NCBI RefSeq assembly: GCF_008000775.2
Contig: NZ_CP042905.2
Span: forward strand, 1,500,001 to 1,532,000
Reading direction: 5' to 3'
Origin: Promethearchaeum syntrophicum
GTDB taxonomy: Archaea; Asgardarchaeota; Lokiarchaeia; Sigyniarchaeales; Promethearchaeaceae
DNA: 32,000 nucleotides
Program-made: the position numbers and the translations under genes
In this document: piece after piece, positions 25,538 to 32,000 of the stretch
Layout: each line of letters starts with the position of its first letter
How positions within the stretch are numbered: the stretch's first letter is position 1
Notes under the pieces: generated by a model
Told to the model about the DNA's origin: nothing
The model's database searches: none
Seen by the model: only the letters and a program-made list of their open reading frames with translations

Positions 25538-28282
25538 TTAATCTGAAAAACCAAGATATTCTAAAATCTGATTTAATTTTTCTTTATTTTTAGAATCTTC
25601 AGGATCAGATTTTAATTTCTTTTTTAGAAATACAATTTCACCTGCTTTTTGCTCTATAGCGTAAAGTAATGTCTTCCAATTGTTAAAATCGTTCATTAAT
25701 GAAGCAATAATTTCATCATTAGCGAAATTTTTAAATATTTTTTCATCTTTATCTTCTTTCTTATCTCTTCTTGTTTTGGTCTTCACTGATTTTCGTGCAG
25801 ATTTGTTAATCCGGTTGTTCGCATTGTTAATTATCCTTTTTAACACAGATTGGTCCTGCAAGATTTTTCGAATTGTTTCTTCAAGAATTTCTTCATAAGA
25901 GTCAATATCATTGGGTAATATATCGTTTTGGAGCAAAATATCACGTAACATAATGTATGTCCTTTCTAGATCCTCCAAAAATGGTGAAATCTCTTTTTTA
26001 AAATGTTCGCGTTCATTGTCCAGGTCTGCGTCTCCTAAAATTGAATCTGATTGAAAAACATGACTTTCTTGGTCATACACTCCAGTTAATCTCTTTTGTT
26101 CCATTAAATCTAGTAAAATTTTTTCAAGATACATAATACCTTCTTCACTTAATGTAATTTCTTCAATAACTGATGAATTGAGATCAATATAGCTTTTGGC
26201 TTCTATCATTCGTTCTTGAATTCCTCTTTCAGTTAGGAATTTTTCATTTTCCTTAATCCATAATCCGCTTATTTCTCCATTTTTGAGTAAATTTTCCAAA
26301 ATATTAATAAGAATGTGAGAGGAACACTTATATTTAGATACAAGTTCATTAATTTTCATTACATTGAGATTAAGAACATTTTCTTTAATTGATTGAGATA
26401 ATTTATTTTGTTCCTCATCGATTCTTTTCTTTGAAAAAATAATTTTATCATGGATAATTAAATACCCATCAGGTTTCTCTAAAGAATCGACAAATTTTAG
26501 AAATTCTTTCTGATCCATCTGTAAATCTCGTAACAGTGGATTAATTAAAAACTCATCTTTCTCAGAAAGCATTTTACCGATTTTATTGAGTTTTTCATCA
26601 ACTTTTTGAGAAATTTCATCCTTATCAACCTGAAGTTCGTCTGCTAAAGAATCTATTAATTTTTCTCTTTTAACAGCATCTAATTCATTTTGAATTGAGG
26701 AAATTCGCTTTTTGACATATTTAGAGAAATAGAAATTCTTTTCTTCTTTATTCCAGAAGCCATTTTTATGTTCAAATATTTTTTTGGTGATTTTATGTAA
26801 AATCGAAGGATGAATACCTAACTTTTCGGCTCTTTGTTCGACATTACAATCCCCAATTTGTTCGCAAATCCTTAATTCTTGTTGGATATTGGTAGTTCCT
26901 AAGTGGGTTAACCAAGAATGTTTATAGTGATATTTTGTAAAAATTTTTGTTCTACAGTATTCTTCCAATTTATAGAAATTTTCTTGAGTAAATCCTGATT
27001 TGTAAGGGCTAAGATCAATGATATTTGATCGATAACTTTCTTTTTCTATTTCTTGCGTGATTGCAGAAAAAGTATGGTATTTTGACTTCTCTAAATTATA
27101 TATTCCAAGAATTCCTTGAGTTTCAATTTCATTGATTAATTTATGGATGGTATCTTTATCGATTGATTTTGAATAATTTAAAATATCAATAGAGCCATAT
27201 TGTTGTAAACGTTGAAGAAATTCCTTTTTAAGGTAAGACCAATCATAATAATATTTTTTAGTAAAATACCCTCTAATAATGTGCTTCTCGAGCATACTTT
27301 TTATTAAAATCATTACGACTGCATTATTTTTTATGCCTAAATCATTGAATATTCTCACAATCTCATCCAATTTTATTTTTCGCTGAGAAAGGAATGATAT
27401 AATTTTCCCTTTTTCTAATTCAAGCAATTTTTTATGATTTTTATCAATGAATACTAGTGTATAAATCGTATCTTCATCAATCTGGCTGAGAAGATAATTT
27501 TCCACCTCTTCCAGAGATAAATTTTCCTGTTCCGAAATAATATTTAGATCTGTGAAGCGAATCAAAGTTGGGCGATTATCTATTTCTCTCAATATTTGAT
27601 TTTTTGACCAATTGGAATTCTCTCGTTTTTTAAGTAAAGGGATTTCTTTTTCAATTAAATTCAATATGATATCACTTATTTCAGCAGATTTATTATTCTC
27701 ATAGATGTCTCTCAATTGTTGGATATATTTTATGAGTATGATCAGGGACATTTTCGGCTGCAATCTTGAAAGTATATTTTGAGTTGTTTTTAGAACCTCT
27801 GAATTTGATTCGTCTTCTAAAATTTTGATAAAAATATTCAATTTCAATAAAAGCTGAGTATCAAATGAATCAGGAAATTGTTCTAAAAAGAAGCAAATAT
27901 TTTGCCGAGTTTCCGATTTTGAATCATATAACAGCTCAAGAAAACCATTTAAATGTGTCATATCTGAGTAATCTTCTTGAGATAAGAAATTCAGTAAACA
28001 AGAGCCATAAATAATTACCGCATTGATCTTTTCTTTTGTTTTATCCCCTTTAATGTAAGGGTCTATATCTGCAAATATTGAATGTGAAAAAGATTCGGGC
28101 ATTTCTTCTGCAATTAGTGAGAGAATGTAGAGAGCAGTATTTGATTCTTTTTTCAGCCATTTAATAACAGCATTTGAATGTGTCTCAAATTTGTTCCATT
28201 TCTCTCTTTCGTAATCTTCATTAATATTATTTATCAATTTAATTAATTTTTTATCCGTTAAATTTGGTATTTCAATAAACAT
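25538..28282 (-). CDS. 914-aa multi-domain helical-repeat plus serial winged-helix protein (PCI/UFL1-like by architecture, tentative)
   Basis: N-terminal HEAT-like helices, several wHTH-like segments ('NLNVMKINELVSKYKCSSHILINILENLLKNGEISGLWIKENEKFLTERG'), basic Lys/Arg/Asp stretch 'KSARKSVKTKTRRDKKEDKDEK' and a C-terminal helical tail. Confidence 0.45.
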   Translation of the reverse strand: MFIEIPNLTDKKLIKLINNINEDYEREKWNKFETHSNAVIKWLKKESNTALYILSLIAEEMPESFSHSIFADIDPYIKGDKTKEKINAVIIYGSCLLNFLSQEDYSDMTHLNGFLELLYDSKSETRQNICFFLEQFPDSFDTQLLLKLNIFIKILEDESNSEVLKTTQNILSRLQPKMSLIILIKYIQQLRDIYENNKSAEISDIILNLIEKEIPLLKKRENSNWSKNQILREIDNRPTLIRFTDLNIISEQENLSLEEVENYLLSQIDEDTIYTLVFIDKNHKKLLELEKGKIISFLSQRKIKLDEIVRIFNDLGIKNNAVVMILIKSMLEKHIIRGYFTKKYYYDWSYLKKEFLQRLQQYGSIDILNYSKSIDKDTIHKLINEIETQGILGIYNLEKSKYHTFSAITQEIEKESYRSNIIDLSPYKSGFTQENFYKLEEYCRTKIFTKYHYKHSWLTHLGTTNIQQELRICEQIGDCNVEQRAEKLGIHPSILHKITKKIFEHKNGFWNKEEKNFYFSKYVKKRISSIQNELDAVKREKLIDSLADELQVDKDEISQKVDEKLNKIGKMLSEKDEFLINPLLRDLQMDQKEFLKFVDSLEKPDGYLIIHDKIIFSKKRIDEEQNKLSQSIKENVLNLNVMKINELVSKYKCSSHILINILENLLKNGEISGLWIKENEKFLTERGIQERMIEAKSYIDLNSSVIEEITLSEEGIMYLEKILLDLMEQKRLTGVYDQESHVFQSDSILGDADLDNEREHFKKEISPFLEDLERTYIMLRDILLQNDILPNDIDSYEEILEETIRKILQDQSVLKRIINNANNRINKSARKSVKTKTRRDKKEDKDEKIFKNFANDEIIASLMNDFNNWKTLLYAIEQKAGEIVFLKKKLKSDPEDSKNKEKLNQILEYLGFSD

Positions 28283-28381
28283 GAGTTAGAATCAACCTTT
28301 CGTTATCTTTTATTAAATAAATATTGGATGTGCTCAAAATTTTATTGGTGCATATCATAAAAAATTAAGGTAAAAAAAAAA

Positions 28382-28849
28382 TTGGGAAGAACTAAAAAAG
28401 GTTTCAAAATAAATCGGATTATGGAACAAGAAAAAATAGAACATCGCGTTAAAATTACCTTAATTATTAATGGGATTGTTGATATCGCAATGGCTTTTTG
28501 TTTAATTATTATTCCTCGACTTTTTGCACAAATCCTTCAATTTGAGGATTTTAATGACAGTTTTCGCTTCTTAGCTGGAGGATATGGAATTGCTACATTA
28601 AGTTTTGGTATAACTCGTATTTGGGTAGCAAAAAAGAATTCATTTCTTTGGGAAACCGTCTTAGTAGGATTTATTGAAGGATTCCTTTTGGGAACTTTCT
28701 GTATGGCTATGGTGTTATATACAGAGATAACTATTATTAATGCTTTTTTACCAATATTAATCGGGTTTGGATTTATGATTATTCACTTATTATTTCTTAT
28801 TTCTCGAAAGAAATTAATCTTCAATAAGAAATTTCTACAGAAAACCTGA
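28382..28849 (+). CDS. Small integral membrane protein (about 4 TM); start possibly ATG at 28421
   Basis: Hydrophobic segments 'ITLIINGIVDIAMAFCLIIIP', 'FLAGGYGIATLSFGI', 'VLVGFIEGFLLGTFCMAMVLY', 'ILIGFGFMIIHLLFLI'. Confidence 0.65.
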   Translation: MGRTKKGFKINRIMEQEKIEHRVKITLIINGIVDIAMAFCLIIIPRLFAQILQFEDFNDSFRFLAGGYGIATLSFGITRIWVAKKNSFLWETVLVGFIEGFLLGTFCMAMVLYTEITIINAFLPILIGFGFMIIHLLFLISRKKLIFNKKFLQKT

Positions 28850-28987
28850 AAGTTCTATTTAATTCTCTTTTTTTTTAAGATTAAAAAAGACACAATGTTT
28901 ATCAAAATATGGCTTATTATCTGGAAGATTTATTTCTTTTGGTATATTTCACATCCCATTTAGCAATTTCCTAAATTTCTAGAGAAA

Positions 28988-29740
28988 CTATTCAAATTTA
29001 TCATCTGGAAAAAGTTTGGGTAATATTTGAGGAATAGAGTTTATATCTGGAATAATATAGTCTGGATTGTGAAATTCTAATTCTCCTCGTGCACTATGAC
29101 CACTTAAAACTGCAATAGATTTAATTTTAGCGCGTTGGGCTGCTTGAACATCTGTGATAAGATCTCCGATAAATGCAACTCTGTTTCTATCAATTTTTGG
29201 AAAATGGTAATATTTCTTTATTTTAACTAATAATGCTAATAAAGGCACGGGACTTGGTTTAACACCATAAGTCTTTCTAACATCTCGAGAAATAAATAAC
29301 GGGAATAAATCATCAACATTTTTTAATTTAAACCACTTTGCAATTCGATCCCGATGTGAATTCGAAGCGGCTCCCAAAATAATTCCTTTTGAACGCAAAT
29401 ATCTGAGAGTTTCCTCCGTTCCTGGAAAGAAATCACTAAATTGCCAATCATATTTATCAATTTTTCTCCCCATCATCGCAATATAAACTAATCTTCTGAA
29501 TCTATTTGGGATTAATTCCTTAAAGTTTTTTAACATAGTAGCTAATGATGGAATCGATCGTTTCTTTGCTCCTGATTCAAACATTCTAATAATATCTACT
29601 GAAGTGGTTCGAGCGAGAATTTCATAATTCCAATTTGTAAACCGATCATGCATTGAATCAAGTGCTGCAAGAAAGTGACCTCGAGAGTCAAGTAAAACAC
29701 CATCGACATCAAATAACAAAATTGGAGGGTGGGGATGCAT
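28988..29740 (-). CDS. HAD-superfamily hydrolase (phosphoglycolate-phosphatase-like)
   Basis: 'ILLFDVDGVLLDSRGHF', 'FPGTEETLRYLRSKGIILGAASNSHR', 'KPSPVPLLALL', 'AFIGDLITDVQAAQRAKI'. Confidence 0.88.
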   Translation of the reverse strand: MHPHPPILLFDVDGVLLDSRGHFLAALDSMHDRFTNWNYEILARTTSVDIIRMFESGAKKRSIPSLATMLKNFKELIPNRFRRLVYIAMMGRKIDKYDWQFSDFFPGTEETLRYLRSKGIILGAASNSHRDRIAKWFKLKNVDDLFPLFISRDVRKTYGVKPSPVPLLALLVKIKKYYHFPKIDRNRVAFIGDLITDVQAAQRAKIKSIAVLSGHSARGELEFHNPDYIIPDINSIPQILPKLFPDDKFE

Positions 29741-29800
29741 TTTTCTATCTATTTAATATTTGAATTTTAATGTTTATAATATTAATTTTATTGAGGGTTT

Positions 29801-30997
29801 TTATTCGGATTTTTTAATCAAAGGTATGAATTCTTCTTCATACTTTTTAACAATTTCATCCGCGCGATCTTCGAGTTCATTCTCCCAATATGGATTTTTC
29901 AACTGTTTCTCCTCGATATGCCAATTTTGATCTCGAAATTCAGTTGGAGGTTCCTCTTGCGAAAAACCCCATTTTTCATTAAAAGAATCAAGCCATTGTT
30001 CTGGTAAAGGGTCTCCAATCTTTACTCCCAATAATTCTGCTAAAAATAAAGACCATGACCTGGCAACAACTCCAACATTATAACCTCCGCCACCTAATCC
30101 GAGAAATTTATTATTACAATATTTTGGAACATTTTGGTTAATAATTTTAAATATTTTTTCATGCCCTGATGTAGAAAGACCCATGTTTGTGATTGGATCA
30201 GAGAAGTGGGTATCAACTCCTAATTGACAAACTAAATAATCAGGTCGATAAGCATCCATAATTTCAGGAACGAGTTTCTCAAAAATATTTATATAAACGG
30301 AATCAATCGTTCCTGGCAATAAAGGTACATTTAAGGCATATCCTTTGCCTTCTTCTTTACCATTTTCATCCAATAATCCTGATCCTGGAAACAAAGTATG
30401 CCCGTCTTGATGAAACGAAAGCGTTAACACATCTGACCTATCATAAAAAATCCATTGCACCCCATCTCCATGATGACAATCTATATCTAAGTACATAATT
30501 TTTGTGCCATTTGGCGATTTATCCAGAATATGTTGAATTGCTACCGCTGCATCATTTAGCAAACAAAACCCTGAAGCCATTTCGGGCATTGCATGGTGTA
30601 ACCCTCCCGTAATATTGAAACTTCTTGAAGAGTTTTCTTCCAAAATATAATCTGCTGCGGTTAATGAGGCACCGCATACTGCCATAGCCGCGTCATACAT
30701 TCCAGGGAAGATTGGGTTGTCTCCTGGTCCAAGTCCAAATTTAGGAAAAGCTTGGTATGGTGAACCCCCTACATTGTTGAGTTCTTTCAATTTATCTAAA
30801 TATCCGGCTTTATGAATACGTAACACTTCTTCTTCCGTTGCACTTCTTGGCGTAATTAATTTTAGATTCGGATTTTCAAAAAGATTATATGCTTTCATTA
30901 AATCATATGTAAGTTCAATGCGTTTTGGAGTCAAAGGGTGCCCAGAACCGAAATTGTATTGATTAAATTGCTCCGTAAAAATAAAACCAACTTCCAT
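29801..30997 (-). CDS. Histone deacetylase family protein (AcuC-like)
   Basis: 'GSGHPLTPKRIELTYDL', 'FNITGGLHHAMPEMASGFCLLNDAAVAI', 'IMYLDIDCHHGDGVQWIFY', 'LGLGGGGYNVGVVARSWSLF'. Confidence 0.92.
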   Translation of the reverse strand: MEVGFIFTEQFNQYNFGSGHPLTPKRIELTYDLMKAYNLFENPNLKLITPRSATEEEVLRIHKAGYLDKLKELNNVGGSPYQAFPKFGLGPGDNPIFPGMYDAAMAVCGASLTAADYILEENSSRSFNITGGLHHAMPEMASGFCLLNDAAVAIQHILDKSPNGTKIMYLDIDCHHGDGVQWIFYDRSDVLTLSFHQDGHTLFPGSGLLDENGKEEGKGYALNVPLLPGTIDSVYINIFEKLVPEIMDAYRPDYLVCQLGVDTHFSDPITNMGLSTSGHEKIFKIINQNVPKYCNNKFLGLGGGGYNVGVVARSWSLFLAELLGVKIGDPLPEQWLDSFNEKWGFSQEEPPTEFRDQNWHIEEKQLKNPYWENELEDRADEIVKKYEEEFIPLIKKSE

Positions 30998-31047
30998 ACC
31001 TAAAAAAATGTTTCCATCACTTTATTTTTTTCGAAAAGCAATAAAAT

Positions 31048-31578
31048 TTATAAAATAATTTTTTTGAAATCTTTTTTGAATTCGATTCCATGCTCATAAT
31101 AAAGTTCTGCTGTTTTTCTTGCTTCTTCAACTGCTTTTTCATCCAATTTTTTAATTAATTTTGCAGGATGCCCTAATATTAGACTCCTTTCTGGAAAATT
31201 TTTCCGTTCCGTCACTAAAGAACCTGCCCCAACCAGAGAACCTCGACCAATGGTAGTTTTTCCCATTATAATTGAACCAATACCAATTGTCACGAAATCC
31301 TTTAAAGTACATCCATGTATTACACAATTATGCCCGATAGTATTATATTCCCCTATATTTGTGCCGGAATCATGCAATCCATGTATTACTGTGCCACTTT
31401 GTATATTTGTGAATTTTCCAATTTTTATTTTGGTTCCAAGCCCTTCAAGCACAACACCGGAAAAAATCGTGCAACCTTCCCCAATTTCAACATCCCCAAA
31501 TATTATAACGTCATCGGCAATAAATCCCACATTAGGATTAATCTTAGGTTTACTATCTCTCAAAGCATAAACATTCAT
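31048..31578 (-). CDS. Gamma-carbonic anhydrase-like / left-handed beta-helix hexapeptide-repeat protein
   Basis: 'PNVGFIADDVIIFGDVEIGEGCTIFSGVVLEG', 'IGEYNTIGHNCVIHGCTLKDFVTIGIGSIIMGKTTIGRGSLVGAGSLV', 'LILGHPAKLIKKL'. Confidence 0.88.
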   Translation of the reverse strand: MNVYALRDSKPKINPNVGFIADDVIIFGDVEIGEGCTIFSGVVLEGLGTKIKIGKFTNIQSGTVIHGLHDSGTNIGEYNTIGHNCVIHGCTLKDFVTIGIGSIIMGKTTIGRGSLVGAGSLVTERKNFPERSLILGHPAKLIKKLDEKAVEEARKTAELYYEHGIEFKKDFKKIIL

Positions 31579-31610
31579 TTAAAAATCATCTAATATTGTT
31601 TTTTATTTTT

Positions 31611-32000
31611 CTAATCTTCATCTTCCTTAAGAAAATTGGAAAGCGTTTTCGCATCTTGCCCTTGCTTTTTGATGGTAATTGAAGATCCGATTCCTAAAAT
31701 CTGTCTTTCAATTTGTTGAATTTCAATAAGTGAAATTACTCCGCGTCTAATCATACCTTGTCGGAGATATTGTAACAATAGATCCAATTCAGGCATTATC
31801 TTTGGGGGAAAAATTTTTTGACGGATCTTAGCAAATAATTCATAATTTCTTTGTTTAATTATGTTAAGATATTGATTCGCGTTCGGTGCGAGTAATACGG
31901 CAAGAATTTGATCCATTTTGTTATCTATAGGCAATTCTACTCTCTGGGATCTTTGTTCTGCTTGTTTCTTCTTATTTAAGATTTCTTGCATTTTTTGCAT
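31611..32000 (-). CDS. PDCD5/TFAR19-like DNA-binding protein; start may lie beyond the window edge
   Basis: 'MDQILAVLLAPNANQYLNIIKQRNYELFAKI...LLLQYLRQGMIRRGVISLIEIQQIERQI...SSITIKKQ' matches the PDCD5 core pattern. Confidence 0.75.
   Translation of the reverse strand: MQKMQEILNKKKQAEQRSQRVELPIDNKMDQILAVLLAPNANQYLNIIKQRNYELFAKIRQKIFPPKIMPELDLLLQYLRQGMIRRGVISLIEIQQIERQILGIGSSITIKKQGQDAKTLSNFLKEDED

Overview
This 32 kb, AT-rich window looks archaeal, and the overall protein flavour suggests an Asgard/Lokiarchaeia-like genome (inference only). Evidence includes a PDCD5/TFAR19-like protein at the right edge, an AcuC/HDAC-family protein, a LarB-like protein, a gamma-carbonic-anhydrase-like protein, a Y-family polymerase, an archaeal-type TATA motif, and multi-winged-helix proteins. 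Accessory content: an IS110-family element with a long, strongly structured non-coding 5' flank (candidate bridge RNA), an IS4-superfamily-type transposase, three DNA methyltransferases with no recognisable partner nuclease, a hybrid PAS/histidine-kinase/receiver protein, a VapBC-type toxin-antitoxin pair, and a very large calcium-binding/parallel beta-helix surface protein. The most unusual region is 22.4-25.4 kb. Four tandem ~30-aa small ORFs, all missed by the ORF track, end in the identical sequence NPGLISSIRV. Each has its own GGTG/GTGA/GGGG-type ribosome-binding-like sequence, and the array sits behind one TATA-like box. They lie directly upstream of, and co-oriented with, a bactofilin-like polymer-forming protein with an extreme Asp/Glu-rich N-terminus and a coiled-coil/RHH/winged-helix protein. 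I propose this as a candidate undescribed gene cluster. I also found two other short genes missing from the track (a single-cluster ferredoxin and a mini zinc-finger-like protein), a frameshifted membrane protein at the left edge, and a decayed homologous fragment of that type of gene beyond the IS110 element.
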